From contig LSRY02000053.1 of the NCBI GenBank assembly GCA_001643675.2, positions 124,001-188,000 of the forward strand: 64,000 bases of DNA. The letters run 5' to 3'. Of this stretch, positions 38,701 to 49,845 are shown in pieces. A model generated the notes under the pieces. It worked only from the letters and a program-made list of their open reading frames with translations. It was not told the DNA's origin and searched no databases. The position numbers were made by a program, and so were the translations under genes. This DNA comes from Monocercomonoides exilis PA203. Its lineage: Eukaryota > Protista > Preaxostyla. Within the stretch, counting starts at the first letter, position 1. Each line of letters starts with the position of its first letter.

Positions 38701-39533
38701 CGCTCAAAGCCGTTCAACTTTTCCAAGACATTCAAATCAATACCAAAACAAAATGTTGCTGCATTAGTCACAGCACTCAAATCATCAGCATCCAGAAACA
38801 CATCTTTCCCTTTCCCTCCGTTGCACCCATCAAATAGCACACTCTTCAAAGCAAAGTCAGATGCTTCATCTTCCAAAAACAAATACAGTCCTCCTCCCAA
38901 TCCTTTGCCTCCATCTTCATTTGCAGTTGCCTCACACTCTAAAAAGCCCACCTTTGCCTTTTTCTCAATCCCATTTCCATTATTTGAAGCAGCTTCTGTG
39001 ATATTACCAACACTGAAGCTCGATCCACTTTTCATATACATCCATAATCCTCCTCCATTTCCCCTCATACTTTTGCACGAAGTTATGTTTCCTTCTTCAA
39101 GCACAAAAGAGCAGCCTTTTTCAAGTTTACATTCAATCGCTCCCCCGTTTTGATTTATTCCTACAAAGTTGTGAAGAGTGCAGCGGACAATTTCAATTTT
39201 CTTGGCACTTGTGGAAGAGGTCAAACGAGAGGATGCCATTCTTTCTGATGAAGCAGTCGAAGAAAGAATGCAATCACTCATTTGAAGTGAAGCCAGATTC
39301 TTCACTTCAAGCAAGCCTGATGCATAAGTTGTTCCAACTTCATTCATCTGAATGCTTTTTAATTCTGCTTCTGTGCTGCTTCCTGACAACGAGATCAATG
39401 GACTTCCGCTCAATATCATTGACGAAGCTGAGAATGTGTCAATTGTTAACATCCCCGAGTCAACAGACAAGAATGCAAATGTCAATTTTGATAAAGGATT
39501 TTGAAGAGAAAGGGAACATTGAGACAAAGTCAG

Positions 39534-39564
<31 letters not shown>

Positions 39565-40948
39565 ATAAAAGTGGAATGTGAAAGAGAAGGAGGAAGAGAG
39601 AAGATAAGAGTTGATAAGACTGTTTCAACCCCAACTGCAACCATTGCCGTATTTGCTCCTGCGGTGGAATCAGAAACTGTCCATCCACTTTTATCGTCTT
39701 TTCCTCGGATTTCATGTTTCTGTTCACTAAATGTCAATTCATCGCTCATCATTATCATTCCATTCACAATAATTTTCTTTGTTCCTGCCAACCGCGTGAG
39801 GGGAGTGCTTCAAGGTCAAACAAGGAAATTGGACAATTCCACAATGCGAGTGATTGGATGCCTCTACGTTACTCACGCAAATCTCTGATAGAGGAGAAAG
39901 AAGATAGATGCACAGAGGAATGGCCACACTAGCGTTTCCGCCATCGTATCCTCTCATCTTGTCAAGAGAATCCAAAGAGGCTGTTACACATGTGATTTTT
40001 TGTGACTTTGCAGTTTCTTCCAGATTTGGAGAAATGACAAAGATATCATTTCCCCATTTGGCTGTGTTTGTGCCAAAGGAAGAAGAAATCAGGAAATTGG
40101 GGTTTTCATTCATCAACCGAAGTAAGATTCCTCCTCCTAGTCCATTTGTCGCTGAGCAATAGCACTCATCAAAAGACCCATCTTTCACTTTCACCTCATT
40201 TGCATCCCCAATATACAGCATTGTTGATCCTCCATTCTCTGAAATTGCGCTCCCACACTCTTCAAATACACTTGAATTAAAGTCAATGTTTGTCTTGCTA
40301 TTGGATAATGACATCACAGCTGCATCATTTGTTGTTCTTTCAATCCCATTAAAGGCACACTCCGATAGTATCAATGAAACTGCATTCGTTGAAGAAATCG
40401 AAAACAATGAAACAGTGGAGATGGTCTTTGCCCACTTCACATGATCCATCTGCAACTTACCATTCTGAACATTTATCAGTCCTGTTGAAAAAGCTGTTTC
40501 TGAAGTTTGACCGCTTCCTGCAGATATGGTCAATCTGCTTATATGCATCTCTCCTGCACTGCTTATCTCAAACAGCTTTGAACCCCGATTATTTACATAT
40601 GAAAAGTCATATACAAGTGCAAAGTTATTCAAATTTAATGTTCCTACAGAGACTGAAAAGAGAAACAATCCAGCTGCTTCAAATTCTGTTTGCATTGTCG
40701 TGCTCGAATCACTTTGCCCGCATATTGTGAATGTGTTGGTACCACAATCCACACTGCATGTTTCGACAATTGTTCCTCCCAGTATTTCAATGTCTTGCAC
40801 AACACCTGGAATCATCTGTGTCAGACAATGGCTGACTGTGCAGCAGGGATGGCTTTCATTGATGCCACATGCAAATGCATCTCTTGCATTCTCCTGATTC
40901 TGCTTCGATCCCACATATCTGATCCTTCCTCCATCATTCCGAAGCCAG
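32780..40948. repeat. Left arm of ~8.17-kb inverted repeat
   Basis: Reverse complement of 51405-59575. The six-frame ORF translations mirror each other, and coordinate sums shift only between 92352 and 92355, explained by four 1-bp indels. Confidence 0.97.
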
Positions 40949-42525
40949 CAACTACAATCATCTATTGAAGTTGTTGCATAATTTGAGCTTACTCGTATTC
41001 CAGTTTGACGAGTTGATCGACATGACACATCGATTGTGTTTTGTTGTTGTGAAACTAACAGCACATCGCATCCTCCATATATCCCAACATTATCATGGAA
41101 AAAGCAAAAGAATATATTTTTTTCAGTGTATTGAATGTTTATACATAAACTGAGTCCACCTCCTCCATTCATGGCATAATTATTTGTGAATAAACAATTG
41201 CGGATGAGAGGATAAATTGACATATCCCAAATTTGAATTCCTCCTCCAACAGGTGTTGATTCATTAGAAGTTGTGCAATTGACGAATGAACAATCATGGA
41301 TTTTATCCCCATCAGTGAAAGCACGTTTGGAGAAAACTGATATTCCACCTCCATCATTTCCAACACAACAATTTTTGAATGAGTTGTTTTCGAGAAAATA
41401 TGTTGTTTGCGGATTGTCTATACAAATCGCACCTCCAGCTTCACCAAAAGATGGATCTGGGGCTTGACATCCGAGAAAGACACAATGTCTGATTGAGATT
41501 TGTGAGATTGATTTTGTGTATATTGCTCCTCCTCGTCCACTCTGAGCAGTATCATTTCTGAAATAGCACAATGAAAGAGTCAGTGTTGAAGCGCTGTTTC
41601 CTGATATGCAAATGGCTCCTCCATCTGTTGCGGAGGTGCAGTCCATCCATTCGCAATTGGTCATATTGATTGTGTTGGAGGTGTTAATTGTCGTTTGTTT
41701 GTCGTAATTGATGAGTTTGTTGATGTTGTTCAAGAACGAAACGTTTCTGCACACCAACTCTTTCGATTTCTTCAATCCATTCATCACTGTTCCATCCAAT
41801 GCATTTTCACATGCGAAAGCAACACAACTCTCCATCATGCTTGTCTCAATCATGTTAAACTGACCATCAGTTTTTCCTGTATGTATTTGGTTATGAACGT
41901 TGGTAATATTATTGAAAATTGAATTTTCATATGAGAACAAATGACAACTTTCAATATCAAACATTTTTCTTCCACACAGCACAATATTCTGAAAAAGAGA
42001 CGAATCAATCAACAAAGATGAAGTTTCACCTTTCACATATCCAATTGATTCGACACTTTCTTGAAGAAGATTGATATCAATTGAGAAATTGTGTGCAACG
42101 AATGATGAACTTTGGATGTTCAACAACGGTTCAAATCTTGTAGGTTTTGTGACTTGGCACGAAGTAATACAAATATTTGAAATGTCGAATGCACAGATGA
42201 GATTCGAATGAACTATTTGTTCAAAGAGAATGTTGCTTATAGCTGTTGAAGAATTAGAAATAGTATATTTACACAAAAGTGAAGTGAAACCATCACTTCG
42301 AAATGAATACTGCTTTTCAAAGCTGCCATTGTTTGTAAAGAATTTATCTTTGTGGCTTTTGTGACAATAAAGCAAGCAACGGACTTTTTCTTTAAATGTG
42401 TCTTCAATTATCTGAATGTTGAAACATTGAGTAGAGTCATTTCTCACATAAATTTGATTGTTGCTTTTGATATTTGCAGCCTTTGACAATGCCAAAAGAA
42501 GGGCAAAATTGAACAAAACAATCAT
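33391..42525 (-). CDS. Giant type-I membrane receptor A (~3,040 aa): signal peptide, Cys-rich GGAI/FxxC beta-helix-like ectodomain, TM helix, tyrosine-kinase-like pseudokinase tail; two apparent frameshifts
   Basis: ORFs 42753-39739, 39791-37110 and 37071-33391 join when an extra G at ~39800-39803 and a missing T at ~37130-37134 are corrected from the other arm. Likely start MIVLFNFALLLALSKA at 42525. TM WVLIVIIMAVVLLIILIALVIFVV-RWKK. Tail motifs RWKAPE, VFSIGMMLWECLTLQIPF and ERP. Confidence 0.85.
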
Positions 42526-43396
42526 TGAAGAATTATGGTTCGAAAGAAAGTAATTTTTGTATTTTGTGTTATTTTTAATTTCATTTTTAAGAAAATGCAA
42601 TGTTTCATATATATTTTTTCTTAAAAAAAAGCATTTGTTCCACAAAAAAAAGCTTTTTCCTCGCAAATTCTTTTTTAAACAAAGTTGGGATGCACTCTGT
42701 TGTGAAAGAATTGTTTTTCCAAAATATTGATAAAAACTCGTAAAAGAATGCAATTGAATTCAATTTATTTATCAATTTTGTTTTTGAAATGAACTTTTTT
42801 CTTGATCTCTTTTCAAATTATGACAACAGAATTTATTCAAAAAAAAAAAAAAAGACTTTTACACGAGTTTGTCACTTTAATAAAAGTGAAAAATATAGTG
42901 ACATTTAGATTTTCAAATAATTTTTTTTATCATTCATCCAAAAATGTGTATTATGCATAGAATATATTTTCGGTAATTTGAGAATTATCTTAGCAAACGA
43001 TGGTTCGAAAATTATTTGTAAGTTATCAAAATCTCAAAATGTTATATTCGAAAGCTGACACTTTTCTTTGACTAATAACTTACAAATCAAAACACTTTTG
43101 ATTATTTTCAAAAAAAAAAAAAAATAACATAACTTTTTAAAAGTTCACATAATTCAAATATAAGTTTTTCGAAAAAAATTGAGGAAATATTTCTGCAATT
43201 ATTACAAATAATTTTAGTAACAAACTATACAAAAATCATAAAAATTTGTATATAAAAATTGGTCATGTGGATTAAATACGTGAATATAATGAATATTCGA
43301 GATAAAAGGAAATGAAATGTTATTTGGTTTGATTGAATTTTTTTTTGAATATAATTGAAATCAGTTGATGCAATTTCATTTAAATCACTTCATGTT

Positions 43397-43491
43397 CAAT
43401 TCGCAATAGAGCGAATATCCGAACGCAAGGAGCAGGTTTGCTCCTCAATAATGAGTTTGATCTTAAATTATGGGTGGTTTAAGATCAAACT
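43397..43491. repeat. DIRS left terminus / left ITR
   Basis: 43447-43480 is the exact reverse complement of 49366-49399, extending imperfectly to ~43431. 43397-43458 is complementary to ICR 48674-48735 with one mismatch. Confidence 0.93.
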
Positions 43492-43558
43492 TCGCTAACA
43501 AATAAACCTTTGTTACACACCATTGTCCGCTATAATTATAACACAAGATCCTGTTAGA

Positions 43559-44769
43559 ATGGAAAACAGTGACAGCGAGGACAGAGGATTTGATCTTGCA
43601 CATAGACTTTCAAGGGTGGAAAATTTGATCGAGGAAATGGCGAGAAGCCGAGCAGTTCCGAGCCGCTCGGGAGCGGTAGGAATATTACCAATGAGAAAGA
43701 CGAAGAGGGAACGACCAAGAGGAAGATCTCTATCGAGATCAAGCGAATCTGAGTCCGAATCTGAGGTCACAGAGATGATCGCAAAGAAGAGACACAGACA
43801 GCGATTGAGGGGTAGTCGCTGACGTAACCAGACTAAGAAATGGGACGAAGAAGAAAGCAGCGAGAGCGATTCCGGAAATACAGAGAAGCGGGAAGAAGAG
43901 CAAGATAGATCCGAAGATTTCTTGGGAATTTTCCCAGACGAATGGTTAACGCCTAGGAGACAAGCAGGGGAACTGAAAAGATTCATGGACTTTTGCAAAG
44001 CCGGATCTATCAGAATAAATGATGACATCCTGAACACTTTTATCCCGGAGACGGAGAAGAACTTTTTCACTAGACACACTGACATGAGTTGGAACGCCCT
44101 AGCAGTGACGGGGGTCACTGCGGAGGGAAGAAAAGATTCCCCAGAAGCCGACCGGGTTATCGAGCTGCTTCAGCCCGCCCTGGAATCGGGGTTCGAAGCC
44201 GCTAAGGCGATTGCAGCCATTACTACAAGAGAATTGAAAAGGACGCGCTTAGAGGAAGAAGAGAAAGAGCGACTGAGGGGGCTCTTTTGCGCGTACGCCC
44301 TAATAGCAGACTGTATTAGCCGCATAAACTTGCTGAAAGTTATCCCTCAGTCAAGCTGGGAGAATGTGAAGTGTTTTCTGGATGGGGAAGTCCAAGGACA
44401 TCCCAGAGAGTTTTGGGATACTAGTGGATAGCACCAGCTTTTTTCGTCCAGGGGGGGGATGCTCCAGGGTACGGAGCATCCCCCGTTTCTTCCACAACCT
44501 TCGGACTCGCCCCAGTCAGGGGCGTGCGCCCAGGAAAGTACAGCACAGGCAGAAACGCCCAAGGCTTTGCCTACAGGCAATTCCAAAAGCAAGGTTTCGA
44601 GGGGAGTTTTACAAATTTCAAACAAAGAAGGAGGTCAACACAAACTCGACCACAACAGGCCCCAGCAACAGCTGGGAGAGCTCCCTCGTTCACAGTCCCC
44701 CTTCCTCCAGCTCCCCCGAGGATACAGGGAGAATCAGCAGCAGGAACAGCTACTGGAACGAGCCAGTAA
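43559..44769 (+). pseudogene. DIRS gag-like ORF1, disrupted
   Basis: ATG 43559 and in-frame TGA 43820-43822, with the same frame continuing to TAG 44431. Removing one G from each of the runs at 44383-44386 and 44451-44458 gives ..FLDGKSKDIPESFGILVDSTSFFRPGGDAPGY..TGTSQ* ending at 44769 (inferred). Confidence 0.65.
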
Positions 44770-47700
44770 GCTTAGAGATATCCGCGCTTTGTCGCGAGAC
44801 AGAGAGATAAGAGAGAGCCGCGCTATGCCGCGAGATAGGGACGGACATGATGCTGTCAGAGCTCAGGGGAATGACAGTACTACGGGAGGTCCCAATCGAT
44901 CGACAGACAATCACAGGGGAGGAACCCTTGGAAGTCTGCGAGAGCAACGAAGAGGCACTGAGCCCTTCCGACCGAAAGAAGAGGATAGAGATAGAAAGCT
45001 CGATCGATCGCGAGATGAGAACAGGGAGAGAGGACACAGAGGAAGACTCCGTATATCCCCAAGGGACAGAACAGGTGAACGATCAGGAACCCGAGAGGGA
45101 GGTAGTGAAGAGAGTCTGGAGAGCTTCTGGGACTGTTATCGAGTCCCCAATTGGGAGCGTCCAGGAGGAGAGCTGGAAGATAGCTACTGCAGATACTCTC
45201 GAAGGGAAAGAGACCGCACAGATCCAGACTGGTCAAAGGACACCAGAAGTGGGGAGTTGCGTAGCAGTGGGACCACCGAAGGAGCCACTTCCTGGGAGAC
45301 TGGTGAACAGGCTGAGCGAGTGGAGGAAGATTGGGGGAGACAAACAAGTGAGCCGTGGTATAAAAGCTCGATGGAAGAGTCCCCAATCCCCAATCTCACT
45401 CGAGGAGAGAAAACACAGACAAGAATTTCGGGGAACGACGGAGATGACAAACAATTATTTATCCCTCTTAGAGGAGGAATTGAAGGAAGGAGTGGTGAAA
45501 CCCATTCAGGAGTCGGAGGTGAAGTGGTTCAATCCGACATTTATGGTCCGGAAGAAGAACAGAAAGTGGAGGAAGATTCTGGATTGCAGAATTTTAAACG
45601 AGGAAGTGCTAGGGAAACACTTCAAGATGGATTCCCAGGAGACAGTTGTGGAACTCCTGGAGGAGAACGATTGGATGACTACGCTCGACATATCGAGTGC
45701 TTATCAACATGTCAAAATGGACGAGCAATTCAGTCTCTATCTGTGCTTCAGCTTTCAGAATCAATGCTACGCTTACGTGGGGATGCCATTTGGAGCAAAG
45801 GACGCGCCCAGAGTATTCACGAAGATAATGAGACGGGCAGCGTCATATATCAGAGAACATTGGAAGGTAAAGCTGGTGATATAACTGGACGACATCCTCC
45901 TCATGCACCCAGACAGGGATGCATTGAGATCGATCTCACAGGAGATAGCCTAGTTCCTGAGAAATCTGGGTTGGATACTGTCGGAGGAGAAGCTGAAGCT
46001 AGAACCCGCAAGGAGCGTGGAGTTTTTGGGATGGAGTTGGAACTCAGAGAAGATGGAAGTGACGCTCCAAGAGAGGAAGAGAGTGCTGCTCCTGGAGGAT
46101 GTGAGGAAATGGTAAGCACATGCAAAGAAGAGAAGGAAACAAAAGACGAGGGACTTAGCAGCACTCCTCGGGAGGTTGTTTTTTGTGAGGTTACAACACC
46201 CACCAGCGAGCTTGTGGATGAAACGCATGCAATACGTACTGAGGCATGCAATAGCCCGCGGAGGCTGGAATGGAACGGTGATACCCAACCCAATGATGTT
46301 AGGAGAATTAACACATTGGAGGAAAACCCTGCGAGAGAACAGACCAAGGAGTCTGAGGAGAAGGAACAGACCAGCAGAGCTAACGACGGACGCTTCAGAG
46401 CTGGGATGGGGTGCAGTATTAACAATACCAACAGAGAACAAAGAGGAGAAGATATATGTCCATGGGAGTTGGACCCTCCAGGAGAGTGCGTTAGCGATAA
46501 ACGAAAAGGAGTCCAGAGCAGTGTTGAGGACTTTAGAAAGGAAAGGAGCATGGCTGCAACAACAGAAGATAGATCATATTCGTCTGAAGACAGACAACAT
46601 GTCCTCGAGATGGACAATCCAGTAGAAAAGGGGAGCGCCATCGCTCATCCCAACACTGAGAGCATTGGAGAAGAAACTGAACAGCCTGGACTTGACAATA
46701 CAGACGGAACATCTCCCGGGAGAGCAGAACACGGAAGCAGATGCACTCAGCCGGATGGCGAAGAAGCCGGACTATGCACTGAAGGGGGAGAAAGTCGCAG
46801 AGATATTACAGACAATCGCACTGAGAACACTAGATACAATTTCAGAACAGATTGCGCCGGTGCCCTGCGGAAGTACTTGGAGACTATCCTCCATGAGAAG
46901 GAAGAGAGAGAAAGGAACACCAGAAGACGACATAGTGCTTGTCCACCCGTTCCTGAGAAACATTGGACGAGTGATGAAAGAGAAGATGAACGAAGCTCAG
47001 AGGAATCTGACGATTCTGATTCTGCCAGCCTGGCGGGGGCAGACCTGGACCCCGCTACTGCAGCCTGGGCATTTGACAAAGACCCTGGGGACCTTTCAGG
47101 AGTGCATGATACCGGGAACGAAGATGAGAAGGGAAGGCTAGAAATTACCCCCAGGAGAGGTAATAAGCGTTATACCGGAGAAGAGAATATTCAAGGGAGA
47201 GACCTCTTCTTAACATGGGGAGAACACGTTGGAGCAAAAGACATAGCAGCAGCAATACTTAGAAATCAGAAGAGTGAGAGAGATACGTGGAGAGCGCTGC
47301 GAAGATTCAAGCAATTTCTAGATAGAGAGAGTGTGGATGACACTAACCCCCTCACAACAAAAGATGCAAAATGGATTATGGCAGAGTTCATCGAAACACT
47401 CTCGAATACAAACCTCTCAAGCGGAGTGATAAATCAGACAGCACGGAAGGTGCTGGATTCTATTAACCTCTTCAGAAAGACTAAGGTTGACGTGAAAGAC
47501 ATAGAGATATTTCTTAAAACCTATGTGGGGGAGAAACCAAGAAGAGGCAATCGATACAAATCGATGTGGGACTTGACAATCATCACGAAATGGGCAGAAG
47601 CCACTCACGATATGAAAGACCCACAGACCCTCCAAAGGAGGGCTCTCATTTTAACTATGATATTTGGTGCGTTAAGGCCAGCAGAGCTGGAGAGGATGAG

Positions 47701-48172
47701 AAGAGAGACAACGAAACTTAAAGAGGATTTAGCCCAGACACAAGTACAAACAAAAACATCAGGGGGAGAGACTGTTAAGGTTATTATAAATAAGCATCCA
47801 AACCCACGTATCGATGCGGTTGTAGCGCTCCAACGCTGGATGGATTATATAAAGACAACCTTTAGAGACGAACATGTGTGGTTCGATCTCAGGGGGAGGC
47901 AACCTGCAAACTTGCAGAGGATTAAAGAAGAATTAGTGGCTGTCCTGAGAGAGAACGGAATACCAGACACATTTACCGCGTACTCGATAAGACATACAGT
48001 GATCACACATTTAGCAAGACGAGAAGGAGCGGACTGGAAGGAAATCAATGCGTATGCGAGATGGGCTCCGGGTTCGATAGTAGCCAAGGAGTATTACGCC
48101 GTGTCACTGGTACAAGATATGAAATGGATCCTGGAGACGATCAGCGGACCAGTACCACTGGCAGAGAAGTGA
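44459..48172 (+). CDS. DIRS tyrosine recombinase ORF (1,237 aa; long hydrophilic N-terminal region overlapping pol, YR domain in the last ~330 aa)
   Basis: Uninterrupted ORF with catalytic motifs in order: R (GALRPAEL), K (QTKTS), YSIRH (HxxR position), ARW and EYY (nucleophile Tyr). Confidence 0.88.
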   Translation: MLQGTEHPPFLPQPSDSPQSGACAQESTAQAETPKALPTGNSKSKVSRGVLQISNKEGGQHKLDHNRPQQQLGELPRSQSPFLQLPRGYRENQQQEQLLERASKLRDIRALSRDREIRESRAMPRDRDGHDAVRAQGNDSTTGGPNRSTDNHRGGTLGSLREQRRGTEPFRPKEEDRDRKLDRSRDENRERGHRGRLRISPRDRTGERSGTREGGSEESLESFWDCYRVPNWERPGGELEDSYCRYSRRERDRTDPDWSKDTRSGELRSSGTTEGATSWETGEQAERVEEDWGRQTSEPWYKSSMEESPIPNLTRGEKTQTRISGNDGDDKQLFIPLRGGIEGRSGETHSGVGGEVVQSDIYGPEEEQKVEEDSGLQNFKRGSARETLQDGFPGDSCGTPGGERLDDYARHIECLSTCQNGRAIQSLSVLQLSESMLRLRGDAIWSKGRAQSIHEDNETGSVIYQRTLEGKAGDITGRHPPHAPRQGCIEIDLTGDSLVPEKSGLDTVGGEAEARTRKERGVFGMELELREDGSDAPREEESAAPGGCEEMVSTCKEEKETKDEGLSSTPREVVFCEVTTPTSELVDETHAIRTEACNSPRRLEWNGDTQPNDVRRINTLEENPAREQTKESEEKEQTSRANDGRFRAGMGCSINNTNREQRGEDICPWELDPPGECVSDKRKGVQSSVEDFRKERSMAATTEDRSYSSEDRQHVLEMDNPVEKGSAIAHPNTESIGEETEQPGLDNTDGTSPGRAEHGSRCTQPDGEEAGLCTEGGESRRDITDNRTENTRYNFRTDCAGALRKYLETILHEKEERERNTRRRHSACPPVPEKHWTSDEREDERSSEESDDSDSASLAGADLDPATAAWAFDKDPGDLSGVHDTGNEDEKGRLEITPRRGNKRYTGEENIQGRDLFLTWGEHVGAKDIAAAILRNQKSERDTWRALRRFKQFLDRESVDDTNPLTTKDAKWIMAEFIETLSNTNLSSGVINQTARKVLDSINLFRKTKVDVKDIEIFLKTYVGEKPRRGNRYKSMWDLTIITKWAEATHDMKDPQTLQRRALILTMIFGALRPAELERMRRETTKLKEDLAQTQVQTKTSGGETVKVIINKHPNPRIDAVVALQRWMDYIKTTFRDEHVWFDLRGRQPANLQRIKEELVAVLRENGIPDTFTAYSIRHTVITHLARREGADWKEINAYARWAPGSIVAKEYYAVSLVQDMKWILETISGPVPLAEK
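44847..47213 (+). pseudogene. DIRS pol: reverse transcriptase - RNase H - methyltransferase-like, with five in-frame stops
   Basis: Single frame containing PGRL, KWRKILDCR, LDISSAY, MPFG, VI*LDD, FLG, TTDAS..GWG, INEKE, TDN, HLPGEQNTEADALSR, VHP..ILILPAWRGQTW and KLPPG. Stops at 45882 (TAA, the Y of YLDD), 45951, 46113, 46623 and 47139. Confidence 0.93.
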
Positions 48173-48673
48173 GACAAGTCGGAGAGAGATAGCGAAAGAA
48201 AGGATATAAGAAATAAGAATACAGAATCTGAAACAAAGGAGTATCCTGAAGAAACATCACAATCTGGGGGAGAAGCGGAGACGAGCAAGAGAAAGAATTC
48301 GAAGAGACGAGGGTCGACTCGAGAGAAGAGTTCGCATCATGAGGACGATATAACACAACCCACCAGGGGTGATGAGACACCTTCCATAATTCCCCGCAGC
48401 ATCATGGAGCTTACGGAAGGTAGACAAACTGCCTTGCAGAAGAAGCTCGAAACCGATCGGGGGAAACGCGGAGAGAGAAGCATAGGACAAATTGTCATGC
48501 CCGCTCAAGTACAGAAGACCCGATCGAGAACCCCCCGAAGACAGCGCAAGAAGGGGAGGGAGTAGGGATAGAGGCTGCACCTTCATCCGCAGTCCCTCTG
48601 TTCATCCGCCGCACGACAAGGTGCTAGGCAGGAGGGTTTAAGATCAGAGGAGAGAAGAGAACGAGGGATTTCA

Positions 48674-48772
48674 AAACTCATTATTGAGGAGCAAACCTGC
48701 TCCTTGCGTTCGGATATTCGCTCTGTTGCGAATTGATAGAACGCAGTGAGACAGGATTTGCTCCGAAATAAT
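48674..48772. repeat. DIRS internal complementary region (ICR)
   Basis: 48674-48735 is the reverse complement of the left end and 48733-48772 is the reverse complement of the right end (49394-49433). The two halves share TTG at 48733-48735. Confidence 0.95.
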
Positions 48773-49365
48773 ACTAACGCGGATGGAGAGACTCAGAGCG
48801 GCTGGGTGCGAGATGAGAGAGAAACATATGGTGAAGAATAGGACGAGGAAAAAGTGGCGAGATAGCAGAGGAGATAGGAAAAGAGAAACCGTCCAGGGAT
48901 ATTAAGCGCACCCAGAACCTGTATTTACAAACAGGAAAGCTAGTGAGACCGTTAAGAAGAACCTTACTCCTTTAATTCATGGCAAGAAAGTGCAAAGAAA
49001 AGAGTCAGACTGGTCCATACAGAGTGTGGCGAGCGGATTGGCTCTGCTGGATCAGTAGAAGAGCGGGAGGCAGAGCATAATACACGCAGTTTTCTTGTCC
49101 ACGCCTCGCGAAAGCGAGAGTGGTTTTTCTTTCTGCTCCGTTTTTAATTTTCGCCTCACCGGATCCCTGCACAGCCTGCAGGAGGGAGCTCCGAGGGGTA
49201 TGCCCCCTGCCCTCTGGTCTTCGAGACCATGGCAAAAGGCGAAGTCGGTGGTGGAGTGAAGCGGACAATGCATTATTTTATTATTATTAATTTTTAATGT
49301 TATTGTTTTGTTTTTTCATCTCGCCCTTTTTTCCACGTCATTTGTGAGGGCGAAGTTTTTCACTC

Positions 49366-49433
49366 AAACCACCCATAATTTAAGATCAAACTCATTATTT
49401 CGGAGCAAATCCTGTCTCACTGCGTTCTATCAA
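49366..49433. repeat. DIRS right ITR / right terminus
   Basis: AAACCACCCATAATTTAAGATCAAACTCATTATT is inverted relative to the left end, followed by the ICR-complementary extension ending in TCTATCAA. Confidence 0.93.
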
Positions 49434-49845
49434 CAATTCGATTTGTGAAAATTCTTATTTCAAAAGTGCATTGATTTTTTCACAATTTTTCACGTTTCAA
49501 AAATTATTGTTATTTTCATGTTTTCCATTGGATAATCAAAACGAAAATGATATTCTTCATCATTTTCATTTGAATTCACAAAATTTTTTAAGTCAAACGA
49601 AATTTTTGAAATTCAAAAAAAACTAAATGACTGGAACAACACAAATATTGTTTTATTCCTAAAAAGGAATTTCAAAATGAGTAATAATATGATTAAATTT
49701 TTTTATTTTTTAATTTTATAATTTGGTTTAAAGCTATTCCACTTTTTCTTGCAAAATTTTCGAAAAGATTAATTTGTGACATCTTTTTTTTAAATTAATG
49801 GTTGGATCACAAGTCACACAACTGCCTCATTTTTTGTTACCATTT

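Larger units (their letters stand above)
43397..49433 (+). mobile_element. Full-length DIRS1-like tyrosine-recombinase retrotransposon (~6.04 kb)
   Basis: gag-like ORF, RT-RNaseH-MT frame, overlapping YR frame, inverted terminal repeats and an internal complementary region matching both termini. Both ends are bounded by CAA. Confidence 0.95.

Noticed and set aside
42526-42753. N-terminal 76 codons of ORF 39739-42753
   Set aside because: AT-rich sequence with a non-ATG start. The signal-peptide-like Met at 42525 is the better start.
45882-47141. All five pol stops are TAA/TAG, suggesting a TAR=Gln genetic code as in some oxymonads
   Set aside because: One stop replaces the Tyr of YLDD, where Gln is implausible. 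Gag has a TGA. Host genes here end in TAA (13149, 33391, 58964), and multi-kb host ORFs contain no internal TAR.
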